Below are positions 8,371-19,385 of a stretch of DNA of 64,000 bases, in pieces. The stretch is from Candidatus Peribacteria bacterium (GTDB lineage: Bacteria; Patescibacteriota; Gracilibacteria; Peribacterales; Peribacteraceae). The notes under the pieces were generated by a model. The model was not told the origin of the DNA, did not search any database, and was given only the letters and a program-made list of their open reading frames with translations. Position 1 is the stretch's first letter. Every line of letters begins with the position of its first letter. The position numbers and the translations under genes were made by a program. Location of the stretch: positions 11,651 through 75,650 of the forward strand of contig SICN01000001.1 in NCBI GenBank assembly GCA_009691405.1, read 5' to 3'.

Positions 8371-9470
8371 AATTACTGATGATTTCAGGCGACAGATCAC
8401 TCGCTTCCGGAAAAGCAGGAGCTTTTTCGGAGACGATTGCCGAGCTCTGCAAGCATTTCGAGCGCATTGATATTCTCTGTCCTCGAGTACAAGCAACGCA
8501 GCAGGTACGAGTGTTGCATGGAAACGTGTTTGTTCATCCCTCTTCATTCGGTCTTTGGTATCAGCCACTCTGGATTCTGAAGAAAGGCAGAGAGCTGTTT
8601 CAGGCTCATCATCACGATATCATGACGGTCCACGACTATCCCCCGTTCTACAACGGCATTGGAGCGAGATTATTGAAACGATCGATTGGTATTCCCGCCA
8701 TTCTTGAAATTCATCACATCGTCGGTTGGCCAGAGGCTTCATCGATCAGCGAAACGATCGGTCGCCTCATGACGAAGTTTTTCATCGGCAGGCACAGTCG
8801 AAAATTCGATGCGGTGCGAGTTGTGAACGCAACGGTCAAAGCGACGCTTGCATCATGGGGAGTTGTAAATGAAAAAATATCGGTTGTGCCGTCGGTGTAC
8901 CTCGATCATGCGATGATCGAGAGCGTGAAAAATCAGGAGAAGAAATTTGATCTCGTGTTCGCTGCGCGGCTTACAGACAACAAAGGATTGCTTCCGCTTC
9001 TTGGCTCTCTCGTGCTGATGTCTGGTAAAACATTGCTGGTCATCGGCGACGGTCCGATGCGAAAAAAGGCCGAATTGCTTGCGACTTCACTCCGCGTTTC
9101 TACTCGAGTCACGTTCGTCGGCTGGCTGCCGACCGCTCGAGACGTACTTGCGGGAATTTCTTCGGGGCGCATATTCGTTATGAACTCGAAGAGTGAGGGC
9201 AACCCGCGTGTGGCGATCGAAGCGATGGCACTTGGAGTACCTGTACTCGCAACGAGAGTCGGCATTATGCCGGATGTGATCGAAGATGGTGTGAACGGAG
9301 TGTTTACGGATGGCACTGCCAAAGATATTGCAGCAAAAGCGTCTGTTCTTCTCTCGGACCTCGGAAAACTTGAGGCGATGGGCCGGGAAGCGGAGAAGAT
9401 TTCTGGGCGTTTCGAAAAAACTGCGGCGATCAAGACGTATGCCGATTTTTTGAAATCTCTTGCTCTCTAA
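8367..9470 (+). CDS. Glycosyltransferase family 4
   Basis: ARLTDNKG and EGNPRVAIEAMALG (ExxxxxxxE). Start MKLLMISGD overlaps the previous stop. Confidence 0.88.
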   Translation: MKLLMISGDRSLASGKAGAFSETIAELCKHFERIDILCPRVQATQQVRVLHGNVFVHPSSFGLWYQPLWILKKGRELFQAHHHDIMTVHDYPPFYNGIGARLLKRSIGIPAILEIHHIVGWPEASSISETIGRLMTKFFIGRHSRKFDAVRVVNATVKATLASWGVVNEKISVVPSVYLDHAMIESVKNQEKKFDLVFAARLTDNKGLLPLLGSLVLMSGKTLLVIGDGPMRKKAELLATSLRVSTRVTFVGWLPTARDVLAGISSGRIFVMNSKSEGNPRVAIEAMALGVPVLATRVGIMPDVIEDGVNGVFTDGTAKDIAAKASVLLSDLGKLEAMGREAEKISGRFEKTAAIKTYADFLKSLAL

Positions 9471-9474
9471 TTCT

Positions 9475-10485
9475 ATGCGCATTCTTTTCATCACACAGAA
9501 ACTCAAAGAGCAGGATGCCTTCGGTGTTCTGTGGGTGCGTGAGTTACTCCGTCAGGGCTTCGAGGTGACGGTGATCTGCCTCGAAGGCTCGGGTGAGACG
9601 TTCGAATTTCCGGTTCATTCGCTCGGCAAAGAGTCCGGACTATCTAAATTGCAGTCGATTGTACGTTTCGAGAAGCTGATCGCGACACTGCCCTACGATC
9701 GTGTGTTCGTGCATATGGCTCCGGTCTGGTACGCACTTGGTTTTTGGCTCTGGGCCATCAAGAGAGTGCCGACGTATCTTTGGTACACGCATTACAAAAT
9801 GCAGCTCGGGGTGCGGCTTTTCGGTTGGTTCGGTACGCGATTCTTCTGTGCGACCCCGCAAAGCTTGCCGCAATACGATGGATCACCGAAGAAAACGGTC
9901 GTCGGGCACGGCATCGATCTTTCGTTTTGGCCGAAACGTCGCAATCTCTGCATGGACTCTCATCGTTTGCTTGTGGTTCATCGATTGAGTCGTTCAAAAC
10001 GCTTGGAACTTTCGATTCTCGCTCTCCCTCTTCTCGATTCTTCGTACACGATCGATGTCTACGGCAACGAGGCGGAGCCCGATTATGCTGCAGAAATGAA
10101 ATCACTCGTCGAGAAATTGAAGTTACAGTCGCGCGTGACGTTTCATGGCACGGTGCCGATGCAAAAACTCCCCGAGATTTACTCTCGTCATCGTTTGATC
10201 CTGAATATGGCGAGCGAGACGATCGACAAGACGATGCTCGAGGCCATGACCTGCGGCTGCTATCCCGTAACCACGCTTGGAAACGCCGTTGCAATCGCTT
10301 CTTTCGAAGAAGGGGAAGTCTTTGCGCCACGTACCGACACACCCGAAACAATTGCAGCTTTTATCCGACAGTACGCTGAGAAAGCACCGATCGATGTTGA
10401 AAGAATGTATGAGATCGTGAGTGAATATCACAGTCTCAGCAAACTGGTCGAGAAGATGGGGCAGTACATACGACGCGGAATGTGA
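9475..10485 (+). CDS. Glycosyltransferase family 4
   Basis: GHGID, RLSRSK and ETIDKTMLEAMTCG motifs. Confidence 0.85.
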   Translation: MRILFITQKLKEQDAFGVLWVRELLRQGFEVTVICLEGSGETFEFPVHSLGKESGLSKLQSIVRFEKLIATLPYDRVFVHMAPVWYALGFWLWAIKRVPTYLWYTHYKMQLGVRLFGWFGTRFFCATPQSLPQYDGSPKKTVVGHGIDLSFWPKRRNLCMDSHRLLVVHRLSRSKRLELSILALPLLDSSYTIDVYGNEAEPDYAAEMKSLVEKLKLQSRVTFHGTVPMQKLPEIYSRHRLILNMASETIDKTMLEAMTCGCYPVTTLGNAVAIASFEEGEVFAPRTDTPETIAAFIRQYAEKAPIDVERMYEIVSEYHSLSKLVEKMGQYIRRGM

Positions 10486-10488
10486 TTC

Positions 10489-11586
10489 TTACAATACTTC
10501 TTTGAGCGCCTTGCAGACCTCTTGAATCATCTCTTCCGTCAGTTCCGGGAACATCGGCAGTGACAGCAGTTCTCCTGCCATTTTTTCCGCAACCGGGAAA
10601 TCGCCTTTCTTCCAGATGCCTGCATACGCTTCCTGCAGATGAATCGGGATCGGATAGTGAATGCCGGTCGCAATGCCTTTTTGCTTCAACTTGTCCTGCG
10701 CGACATCACGATTTTCTACTCTGATGACGAAGAGGTGATAGTTTGAACTTCGATCGTCGTGTGCCGTAAAGAGCCGTATGTTCGCGTTATTCTTGAGAAG
10801 TGTGCGGTACAGTGCAGCGTTCTTTCGCCGTGCATCGTTCCATGCATCAAGGTGAGGGAGTTTGACGGAGAGTACCGCACCTTGAATGCCATCCATCCGT
10901 TCGTTCTTGCCGACGATGGCATGTTTGTACTTCTCTTGCATGCCGTGGTCCCGCAGCATCCGGATTTTTTTGTCGATACTGTCGTTATTTGTCGTAACGG
11001 CTCCGCCTTCGCCGTACGCACCGAGGTTTTTCCCGGGATAAAAACTGAAGGCGCCGGCTTCGCCCATGCAGCCTGCCTTTTTCCCTTTGTACAGGGCTCC
11101 GTGGGCTTGGCACGCGTCTTCGATCACGAGCAGATCGTGTTTCTTTGCGATCGAAAGCACTGTGTCCATGTCCGCACACTGTCCGTACAAGTGCACAGGG
11201 ATGATCGCTTTAGTGTTCTTCGTGATCGCCTGTTCGATTCGCGTCACATCGATGAGCGCATCGTCTTCAGTGCAGTCGACAAGCACGGGAGTCGCGCCCG
11301 AAAGCGAGATCGCTTCGGCGCTTGCGAAGAAAGAATTGGCAACCGTGATGACATCGTCACCCTGTCCGATACCGTACGCGCGGAGAATCAATTCCAGTGC
11401 GGACGTGCCATTGCCGACGCCGATGCAGTGCAGAGTCCCGCAGTAGGCCGCAAACGATTTCTCAAATTTCTCGACGAATGGTCCTCCTGCGAACGCGCAC
11501 GAATCGACGACGGCCTGCATGGCGGGATCGATCTCACTTTTGATGCTTCCGTACTGCGCTTTGAGGTCGAGGAAGGGAACCAGCAT
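10489..11586 (-). CDS. DegT/DnrJ/EryC1/StrS sugar aminotransferase
   Basis: VPFLDLKAQY, PVHLYGQ, EDACQAHG and SFYPGKNLGAYGEGG motifs. Start has TACACT 6 nt upstream. Confidence 0.93.
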   Translation of the reverse strand: MLVPFLDLKAQYGSIKSEIDPAMQAVVDSCAFAGGPFVEKFEKSFAAYCGTLHCIGVGNGTSALELILRAYGIGQGDDVITVANSFFASAEAISLSGATPVLVDCTEDDALIDVTRIEQAITKNTKAIIPVHLYGQCADMDTVLSIAKKHDLLVIEDACQAHGALYKGKKAGCMGEAGAFSFYPGKNLGAYGEGGAVTTNNDSIDKKIRMLRDHGMQEKYKHAIVGKNERMDGIQGAVLSVKLPHLDAWNDARRKNAALYRTLLKNNANIRLFTAHDDRSSNYHLFVIRVENRDVAQDKLKQKGIATGIHYPIPIHLQEAYAGIWKKGDFPVAEKMAGELLSLPMFPELTEEMIQEVCKALKEVL

Positions 11587-11645
11587 GGACAGAGTGTAGC
11601 AAAGAAAGCTTCCCGCTTTCAGCATTCAGTCGTAAGCTGCTTCGG

Positions 11646-12464
11646 ATGTCCGATGCCCTCATTCCCTGCACCGTGCAAGTCCTCACGCATAATAATGCGT
11701 CGACCATTCGTCGGAATCTCGACTCGCTTAGGGAATTCGGCGAAGTGATCGTGCAGGACGGGTATTCGACGGACGGCACTCGAGAGATTGCCCGCGAGTA
11801 TCCGAATGTACGTCTTCTGGATCAGGATCGGAGGTTTCTCGGAGGAGACGGATACATCAACGATTTTTCTTCCATGCGGAATCTCAGCATTTTTGCCGCG
11901 AAGTACGATTGGATTTTCCCCGAAGATGCCGACGAGTATCTGTCCCCTGAAGTGATCAAAGAAATCCGTTCGATCGTCGAATGCGGCGTGCCCGGTGTGT
12001 ATCAGGCATTCAGAAGATTCTTTATCAACGGTGAACCGGTGATGCATTCTTCGGGATACCCCGCGATGCAGATCCGCCTGTTCCATCGCTTGTGCACCGT
12101 GACGGGATACCGTAAGCCCGTACATGAACTATTGACGCTGCAGCCGAACGTGTTGGTCCGGATGCTCCGTCATGAACTGCCTTTGCCTCTGCCGCCCGCA
12201 GAGAGCTTGCATCGAAAGTACCGTCGATATCTCGATATGGAAGCCAAGCGTCACCAAGGGATCACTTTTTTGCAGTGGTTGAGTTCGGTTGTCCGCAGGA
12301 GCATCCGTACGATGACGTATATTTCACTGAGAACGCTCTGGATCCGGATCACCCCCCGCTCGGGGAAGCGAATGCCTATCGCCTATGAATGGCAGGCGAT
12401 TGAGTATTCGTTTCTCCTCATGATCCTCACGTTTCCACTGTTCAATCGTTCACCGAAGCAGTGA
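11646..12464 (+). CDS. Glycosyltransferase family 2 (beta-1,4-glucosyltransferase-like)
   Basis: DGYSTDGT, DFSSMRN, DADE and PVHE motifs. Confidence 0.85.
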   Translation: MSDALIPCTVQVLTHNNASTIRRNLDSLREFGEVIVQDGYSTDGTREIAREYPNVRLLDQDRRFLGGDGYINDFSSMRNLSIFAAKYDWIFPEDADEYLSPEVIKEIRSIVECGVPGVYQAFRRFFINGEPVMHSSGYPAMQIRLFHRLCTVTGYRKPVHELLTLQPNVLVRMLRHELPLPLPPAESLHRKYRRYLDMEAKRHQGITFLQWLSSVVRRSIRTMTYISLRTLWIRITPRSGKRMPIAYEWQAIEYSFLLMILTFPLFNRSPKQ

Positions 12465-13070
12465 TGGAAGTTCCGCGATCGATGCGAGAAGATGCGTCGG
12501 GTGCAGCGCCCGAAGAAGTGTCTCGTTCCGTATACCCGACAGCACTCCACACGTCGTGAGACCGAGCGACTGTCCCGCAAGAATATCCGCTTCGGTGTCA
12601 CCGATGATCCAGTCGCCTGCCTTCGCGTTCGGACGCATCAGTTCGGCTTTCGCTTTCACTGGATCAGCGCCCGCAGCGGCGATTCTGACGTCGGAAAAAA
12701 CTTCACGCAGCCCGAATTCGTCGATTTCTTCCCGTGCGGCAGGCGCATTTTTTCGAAGCGTTACGAGGATGAGGATATGGGCATGCGCCAGCGTGATGAG
12801 TGTTTCTTTTGCGGTTGGCAAGAGCCTGTCGAAGGCAAGAAATTCAGGTGATTCGATGCAAAGATCCCGCTCCTTTTGGTACCGTGCGTTATCGATTTCC
12901 GGATAGTGTCGCTTTAGTATTTCTGACTCAGAAGTTTTGGAGCGTTTCAGTTCCCAGTATTTCTCTTCCGAGAGAACAGGAGCGGCGTTGCCGAGGCAGT
13001 GCAGATGCACGCGGTGGTAGCGCGTGCGGTTGGCGAGAATCGTGCCGTCGAAGTCGAAGAAGAGTGTCAT
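12450..13070 (-). CDS. HAD-family hydrolase/phosphatase
   Basis: FDFDGT motif I and IGDTEAD motif IV. Confidence 0.88.
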   Translation of the reverse strand: MTLFFDFDGTILANRTRYHRVHLHCLGNAAPVLSEEKYWELKRSKTSESEILKRHYPEIDNARYQKERDLCIESPEFLAFDRLLPTAKETLITLAHAHILILVTLRKNAPAAREEIDEFGLREVFSDVRIAAAGADPVKAKAELMRPNAKAGDWIIGDTEADILAGQSLGLTTCGVLSGIRNETLLRALHPTHLLASIAELPSLLR

Positions 13071-13972
13071 CGTGTGGCGGACAGAAAGGCATCGTACTGG
13101 ATTTTTAGCCCTTGCGAGAGAGGAATGAAGGCTTCGAATCCGAGTTCACGTTTCGCTTTCGAAATGTCGAACCGGAAATTCAGCTTCGGCTTCTGGCGTT
13201 CCTTGTAGATCGGTTGCAGTTTTTTTCCCGAGATTCGCACAATGTCTTCGACGACCGTTTTCAGCGTGACCGTTGTTCCGCTCGCGATGACGAATGTTCC
13301 GTTCGTTTTGTGCTCCAATGCGCACACGATCGCTCTCGCGGCATCGATCACGTTGATGTAATCCCGCTCGTCACTCCCGTCACCGAAGAGGATCGGCGCT
13401 TCTCCCGCTGCAATCTTTCGGATGAACAGGGGGATCGCTTTGATCGCAGGTTCTCCTTCACCGTAGATCTGCGTGATGCGGAGGATCGTGAGCGGGCATC
13501 CGCGCTCGTCGCAAAATTCCCGCAGGATTGTTTCACTCTGCAGCTTGGCTTTGCCGTACTCGGTGATTGGCTCGGTCGGATGCGTTTCGTCGATTGGAAG
13601 CGATCTGGGAACGCCGAAGACGTCGATGCTGCTCGCGTAGATGATGTGTTTGATTTTGTGATGGAGAACATCGAGCAGATGCCGCAACCCTTGAGTTTGC
13701 GCTTCTTGCAGCGATTCCTGCTCTTCATGAGTGCAGCTTGCTTTCGGCATTGCAGCCGCGAGATGGATCAGAATATCGGTGTCGTCGATTGTCCTCTTGA
13801 TGTTTTTCATTTCCTGTCCGTTCGTGAGATCCGCGACGATTGCACGGACGTTGCTTCCGTATGATCCCGGTGTTCGCACGATCGCCGAGATTGTGAACGA
13901 TTCTTTCGGAAGCAAAGGGATGACATGTGATCCGAGAAATCCCGTTCCACCGGTAATCAGCACGTTCTTCAT
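13067..13972 (-). CDS. NAD-dependent epimerase/dehydratase
   Basis: GGTGFLG and YGKAK motifs. Start MKNVLITGG overlaps the upstream stop. Confidence 0.88.
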   Translation of the reverse strand: MKNVLITGGTGFLGSHVIPLLPKESFTISAIVRTPGSYGSNVRAIVADLTNGQEMKNIKRTIDDTDILIHLAAAMPKASCTHEEQESLQEAQTQGLRHLLDVLHHKIKHIIYASSIDVFGVPRSLPIDETHPTEPITEYGKAKLQSETILREFCDERGCPLTILRITQIYGEGEPAIKAIPLFIRKIAAGEAPILFGDGSDERDYINVIDAARAIVCALEHKTNGTFVIASGTTVTLKTVVEDIVRISGKKLQPIYKERQKPKLNFRFDISKAKRELGFEAFIPLSQGLKIQYDAFLSATR

Positions 13973-15060
13973 CCTGCGTGCAGGGAAGATCGTCGCGCTC
14001 GCAGTGCAGCCGCATTGCTCTCGATCGCATCGACCGTCGTCAGAATCGGTTCGATGTCCATCCCGCGGATCCATGCGAGATTATCCGGTAGTGGATTCAT
14101 CTTTTTCGTCATGGGCGGGAGAGGTTCTCCGAAGGCGAGTTTTACGTACATCAGAGGCATGTTGAGGCCTGCCTCGCTGAAGAATAAGTGCGTGGTGAAG
14201 AAGCGTCCGATGTTGATCTCGGTCGGATTCGGCACGCCGTGTTTGTCGTAGGTCATGTCGACGGAGAAGATGCCGTGCGGACGCTTGTCGATCGCCGCGA
14301 TGGTTTTGAGTGCGAGTTCGTCGAGTGCGGGATCGCTGACGGTGACACCGGTGCCCGTGAGTCCTGTGACTCCCGAGGGCGCGCGATTGGCGAATTCCCA
14401 GTAGAGCCGTTTACGTCCTTGCGCGACGATCAATTCGCCATTTTGCCAGATCGATTGCCACGTTACCGAATCTTTCTCGAGGCATTCCGCCGCGCAGAAA
14501 GACCCCCATCCCCCCTGAAAATCGAGCCATGCCTTTGCCTGGCTCCTGCTCTCCGTGGGGAGCGATCCTTTTCCGAACGCACCCTGTGTCGCACGGATCC
14601 AGATGCGGGGACCGAACAGCGAGAACGCTTCGTCGAGATCGGCTTCCGTTTCAATCATCATCGTGCGAGGAACGGGCAGACCCGCTTTCGCCCAGCATTC
14701 GTACGACAGGAACTTGTTCTGGCAGATGCGGACGGTCTCTTTGTCCGGAAGCAGCACCGCACACGCGAGTTCTTCTCTGTGCTCGGAGAGGAAAGAGATT
14801 TCAAAATCCGGTTGTGCGAAGACAAGTTCCGCTCCGGTTTCTCGGATGATGCTGTTGAGGATCGGGAGGTAATCGGGATCGCTGGCGAGCGGGATGAGAT
14901 AGGTTTCATCCGTTTCTGCGCGCTTCAGGTAGTACTTGTCCGCATCGACGCCGATCAAACGAAACTGCTCGTTTTTCGCCATCCTGAGCGAGCGAACAAA
15001 GTTCGTCGCTGGAGCCCCTCCGGCGCCGGTGATGAGAATTGTTCGCATAGGGATAGTCAC
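13969..15060 (-). CDS. ATP-grasp (carboxylate-amine ligase-like) protein
   Basis: ITGAGG N-terminal domain, CQNKF, VDM...TEINIGRF, and GLNMP tail. Confidence 0.8.
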   Translation of the reverse strand: MTIPMRTILITGAGGAPATNFVRSLRMAKNEQFRLIGVDADKYYLKRAETDETYLIPLASDPDYLPILNSIIRETGAELVFAQPDFEISFLSEHREELACAVLLPDKETVRICQNKFLSYECWAKAGLPVPRTMMIETEADLDEAFSLFGPRIWIRATQGAFGKGSLPTESRSQAKAWLDFQGGWGSFCAAECLEKDSVTWQSIWQNGELIVAQGRKRLYWEFANRAPSGVTGLTGTGVTVSDPALDELALKTIAAIDKRPHGIFSVDMTYDKHGVPNPTEINIGRFFTTHLFFSEAGLNMPLMYVKLAFGEPLPPMTKKMNPLPDNLAWIRGMDIEPILTTVDAIESNAAALRARRSSLHAG

Positions 15061-16061
15061 AATGTAATTGGATGGTTTTTTCCGAGGGATTCATCAGCGG
15101 CTTCGAGAATCCGCACCAATCGTAGTCCGTCCTCGCCGGAAACCTTCGATTTTTCTTTGCCTGTGATGCATTGTAGAAAGTGTCTCGCTTCGACTGCCAA
15201 AGCTTCCGTTGAAAGGAGCGCGGGAATCACAACGTCGCCGCTTCGGTACTTCGGGAAGAACGGATCGGATTTCATTGTGTCGCTGTCGATGCCTTTGTCG
15301 TAGATGCGGATCTTCTCGCTCGGTTCCGTGTCGTCGTAGACGATCATCGCTTTGCGACCGGCGATGAGTGTCTTCCGGATTTTCACCGGAGAAAGCCAGC
15401 TTGTGTGGATGTGTGCGGCAAGCCCCGAGGAGAACTTGAGATGGAGGTGCGCGTCCTCGACATGCCTTCCGTAGTGAGCACTCCCGGTCGCCATAATTTC
15501 GGTGATGTCCTCGAGATTTGCGATCGCAGACAGGATGGCGAGATCATGGATTGCAAGATCCCACAGAACGTTCGTGTCTTTCTGGATGAGTCCTAAGTTA
15601 ATGCGCGTGGAATCGAAGTAGAGAAGATCCCCGAGTTGCTTGTTTTTTACGAGCTCCGCAATGCGCGTTACTGATGATGTGTACGCAAAAGTGTGATCCA
15701 CGAGCAGCTGCAGTTTTTTTTTCTTTGCAAGAGCAACAAGCTTTTTTCCTTCGGCACTCGTGCTTGTCATCGGTTTTTCGATCAGCACATGTTTCCCCGC
15801 TTCGAGTGCGGCTTTCGCAAGAGAAAAATGGCTCGAGGTGGGCGTTGCGATCACGATGGCATCGAGTGTTTTGTCCTTCAGGAGATCTTCATAGCGCTGC
15901 GTGAAGACGGTACCCGGATACAGTCTCAAGAATTTAGCACAGCGATCTTTCGAGAGATCGCAACCGTACTTCAGATCGCAATCTTCCAAACTGGAGAAAT
16001 TTCTGAGCCAGTTTGGTCCCCAGTATCCAAGACCGACGATGGCAACGGAGAGTTGCTTCAT
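15057..16061 (-). CDS. Gfo/Idh/MocA oxidoreductase (nucleotide-sugar dehydrogenase-like)
   Basis: GLGYWG, EKPM, WDLAIHD and SWLSPVK motifs. Confidence 0.9.
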   Translation of the reverse strand: MKQLSVAIVGLGYWGPNWLRNFSSLEDCDLKYGCDLSKDRCAKFLRLYPGTVFTQRYEDLLKDKTLDAIVIATPTSSHFSLAKAALEAGKHVLIEKPMTSTSAEGKKLVALAKKKKLQLLVDHTFAYTSSVTRIAELVKNKQLGDLLYFDSTRINLGLIQKDTNVLWDLAIHDLAILSAIANLEDITEIMATGSAHYGRHVEDAHLHLKFSSGLAAHIHTSWLSPVKIRKTLIAGRKAMIVYDDTEPSEKIRIYDKGIDSDTMKSDPFFPKYRSGDVVIPALLSTEALAVEARHFLQCITGKEKSKVSGEDGLRLVRILEAADESLGKNHPITL

Positions 16062-16068
16062 GCCGTCA

Positions 16069-17313
16069 TCATACCAGTTCTTCTCCGCGTGCAGGGATTC
16101 CCTGAGGTGTACAGATTCGTTCGATGGTGCTCGTGAATATTCGCTTTACTGCGTCTTCAGAGAAAAGTGAGAATGCCTTCCTGTATGCATTCTCTGCAAG
16201 CTCATTACGCTTTGCTGGGTCAAAGAGTTGCTCGAGTCCCGCAACATATTCTTCCGGCGTTTTGCAGAGCAGTACCTCTTTGCCATTCTCGAACGGATAT
16301 CCTGCCGTCTTCGTTGTAAGCAGCGGGAGAGAGCGGCAGAGCGGTTCGAAGACTTTCTGCTGCATGCCCGTCCCCGAGATCCACGGGCAGAGTGCCGCAT
16401 CCATTGTGAGCAGGAATGCTCCGAGATCCTCGATGTATCCGGTCGTCCGTACGTCGGGTCCGAGAAGAGACTCGTATTGTTTCGGGAATTTCTTTCCCGT
16501 CAGGTGAAATCGGACTTTACCCGGGAGTTTTTCGCGCACAAGCGGTACGATCTTCGTGAGAAGAAATACGAGAGCATCGCGATTGTGACCCATGTTGTAA
16601 TTCGAACTCAAAAATACCACGTCGAGGATTTCTTTCTTCTCATGATTCTTTTTCACGAAACATTTGGAGAGTCCGCGAAGCGGCATGACACCCGTTCGTT
16701 TCGCGCCGAGACCCGCATAGAATTTCTCTTCGTCAGGAGAGATTGCAAGAATCAGATCGCTTTCCTGCGCGGCAATACGTTCGCCCGGATGCTTCGGGAG
16801 AGATTTGAGACGGGACAGCAGACTGCCTCCGTGTTCATCGATGCAGTTCTGGGGTTCATTGAGCGATGACTTGACGATCATCGGGATGCCATAGTTTTTG
16901 AGCAGTCTCAGAACAGGCCAGTGCGAAGAGTATTCCATCCAGACGAGATCAGGCTTGAATCGCTCCACCGTTTCGATCACGACTCGTTCGTATGCCGGAT
17001 CCGTGTACTCGAGTGCCGCACCGTCGAGGAGCGCGGGGTTTTTGAGAATAGAGAAGAACTTCATGAACAGAAGCATCCACGGATGCCTTGGATGTTCCAC
17101 CAGAGTCAGAGGGATGCCTTCTTTTGCGAATGAACTTCGCGCTCCCGTCGCATCCTGAAAATGATGAATTTTCGCAATCACTGAAATCTCATACCCCAGA
17201 GCTTTCATCTGTTGCATTCCGGCAAAACGATCCTGTTGGCAGGCTCCCGTCACCGGGAACGGAACCCACGGAGTGAGGGTGAGAATCCGGCGCGGTTCCT
17301 GCGAAGTGTTCAT
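16069..17313 (-). CDS. Glycosyltransferase family 4
   Basis: GT-B pattern: HNRDAL, GYIEDL, GTGMQQKVFE. Confidence 0.8.
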   Translation of the reverse strand: MNTSQEPRRILTLTPWVPFPVTGACQQDRFAGMQQMKALGYEISVIAKIHHFQDATGARSSFAKEGIPLTLVEHPRHPWMLLFMKFFSILKNPALLDGAALEYTDPAYERVVIETVERFKPDLVWMEYSSHWPVLRLLKNYGIPMIVKSSLNEPQNCIDEHGGSLLSRLKSLPKHPGERIAAQESDLILAISPDEEKFYAGLGAKRTGVMPLRGLSKCFVKKNHEKKEILDVVFLSSNYNMGHNRDALVFLLTKIVPLVREKLPGKVRFHLTGKKFPKQYESLLGPDVRTTGYIEDLGAFLLTMDAALCPWISGTGMQQKVFEPLCRSLPLLTTKTAGYPFENGKEVLLCKTPEEYVAGLEQLFDPAKRNELAENAYRKAFSLFSEDAVKRIFTSTIERICTPQGIPARGEELV

Positions 17314-17320
17314 TGTCTTC

Positions 17321-18361
17321 TTAGAGTGTGATGCCGAAGAGTGCGCAGTCGGCTTTCATCATAATGTGTGCAAGTTCTTCGAGCGTCGTCTTCGATTCCC
17401 ACCCGAGAATCTTCTTCGCTTTTGCAGGATTACCGAGAAGCGTATCCACTTCCGCGGGACGCTGGTACCGAGGATCAATCGCGACGATCGTTTTCCCTTT
17501 CGCATCGACGTAGATTTCATCGTTGCCCTTTCCGGATTTCTCCCAGCGAATGCCGGCGTGATTCAAACATCCCTCAAGGAACTCCCGCACCGAGTGCTGC
17601 TTGCCGGTGGCGAGCACAAAATCATCAGGAGTCGGCTGCTGCAGCATCCTCCACATTCCTTCCACGAATTCCGGTGCGTATCCCCAGTCGCGTCGCGCTT
17701 CCAGATTCCCAAGATAGAGACACTCCTGTTTGTTGCTCAAAATTTTCGCAATGCTCATCGTGATTTTTCTCGTGACGAAATTTTCACCTCTGCGCGGAGA
17801 TTCATGGTTGAAGAGGATGCCGTTTGTTGCGAACATGCCGTAGCTCTCGCGGTAGTTCTGCGTCAGGAAGTAGGCATACGCTTTCGCACATGCGTAAGGA
17901 CTGCGGGGATGGAACGGAGTGGTTTCCGTTTGCGGAGTCTCTTTGACTTTTCCGTAGAGCTCACTGCTGCTTGCCTGATAAAATTTTGCCGGGATCTTGC
18001 TCGATCGCAGTGCTTCTAAGATTCTGGTCGCGCTGAGGCCCGTGATGTCGCCCGTGCTTTCGGGAATCTCGAAGCTGACGCCGACGTGGCTCTGGGCACC
18101 GAGGTGATAGACCTCGTCGGGAACCGTTTCGAGGATGACTCGCAGCAGTGAACTGCTATCGGAGAGATCACCGTAGTGCAGGAAGAGGGGGTATTTCGAC
18201 GAGTGGCGATCATGGAACAGGTGTTCGATGCGTCCGCGGTTAAAGGTGGAAGCTCTCCGCACAAGACCGTGCACTTCGTACCCTTTCGAGAGAAGCAATT
18301 CCGCGAGGTAGGAACCGTCTTGCCCCGTGATGCCGGTGATGAGTGCCTTCTTTGTGCTCAT
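17321..18361 (-). CDS. gmd: GDP-mannose 4,6-dehydratase
   Basis: [34 protein letters not shown] and RDWG motifs. Confidence 0.95.
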   Translation of the reverse strand: MSTKKALITGITGQDGSYLAELLLSKGYEVHGLVRRASTFNRGRIEHLFHDRHSSKYPLFLHYGDLSDSSSLLRVILETVPDEVYHLGAQSHVGVSFEIPESTGDITGLSATRILEALRSSKIPAKFYQASSSELYGKVKETPQTETTPFHPRSPYACAKAYAYFLTQNYRESYGMFATNGILFNHESPRRGENFVTRKITMSIAKILSNKQECLYLGNLEARRDWGYAPEFVEGMWRMLQQPTPDDFVLATGKQHSVREFLEGCLNHAGIRWEKSGKGNDEIYVDAKGKTIVAIDPRYQRPAEVDTLLGNPAKAKKILGWESKTTLEELAHIMMKADCALFGITL

Positions 18362-18415
18362 GGGTCTTGTACAGTGTAGCGGATGTACATTCAGGAGTCG
18401 TGGTACCATTGCACT

Positions 18416-19363
18416 ATGCCTGATCTACACGGGAAAAGGATCGTTGTGACCGGCGGAAGGGGGTTTCTCGGTCGAGCGATTTGCGATGAACTGAGAGTAG
18501 CCGGCGTACAAGATATTGTCGTGACGGAATCCAGGAAGCACGATCTTCGTGAGAAAAAGATCTGCATGGAGGTGCTAGACGGCGCAGATATCGTCATTCA
18601 CTGTGCCGCGCACGTCGGCGGCATCGGACTGAATGCAGAGCGTCCTGCCGAGATGTTTTATGACAATGCGATCATGGGCATTCACTTGATTCACGCTGCA
18701 AAAGAACAAGGACTGTCGAAAGTCGTTCTTATCGGCACTGCCTGCGTGTACCCCAAACTTTGTCCTATTCCGCTTCGGGAAGAGAAGCTCTGGGACGGGT
18801 ATCCGAATGAGGAAACAGGGTACTACGGGCTCGCAAAGAAGATGCTTTTTGTGCAGGCGGACGCGTATCGAAAGCAGTATGGTCTTTCGAGTATTGTGCT
18901 GATCCCCACCAATCTCTACGGTCCTTTCGATACGTTCGATCCCGTGTACGGTCATGTGATTCCTTCACTGATCTTTCGCATGGTGGAAGCGAAGGAGAAG
19001 AAACAACCGACATTCACGGTATGGGGAACAGGGAAAGCCACGCGGGAATTTCTTTTTGTACGCGATGCGGCACGGGCAATCGTTCTCGCGACGGCAACGG
19101 AGGAGGAGTGCGGTCCTCTGAATCTCGGGACCGGAGAAGAAACGCCGATCAGAGAACTTGTGAGTCTGCTTCAGAGGATTGTCGGATACGAGGGGACAAT
19201 CCTCTGGGATGCCGCGAAACCCGACGGACAGCCGAGACGATGTATGGATGTCTCGCGAGCGAAGAAGATTCTCGGCTTTACCGCAAATATAGGTCTTGAG
19301 GACGGGCTTCGAGAAACGGTCTCATGGTTTTTGGAGCAGCGGAGAAAAGAGAGAGTAGTGTAA
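18416..19363 (+). CDS. fcl: GDP-L-fucose synthase
   Basis: [35 protein letters not shown] and KPDGQPRR motifs. Confidence 0.92.
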   Translation: MPDLHGKRIVVTGGRGFLGRAICDELRVAGVQDIVVTESRKHDLREKKICMEVLDGADIVIHCAAHVGGIGLNAERPAEMFYDNAIMGIHLIHAAKEQGLSKVVLIGTACVYPKLCPIPLREEKLWDGYPNEETGYYGLAKKMLFVQADAYRKQYGLSSIVLIPTNLYGPFDTFDPVYGHVIPSLIFRMVEAKEKKQPTFTVWGTGKATREFLFVRDAARAIVLATATEEECGPLNLGTGEETPIRELVSLLQRIVGYEGTILWDAAKPDGQPRRCMDVSRAKKILGFTANIGLEDGLRETVSWFLEQRRKERVV

Positions 19364-19385
19364 GATTCTTTCGCATCATTTTTCC

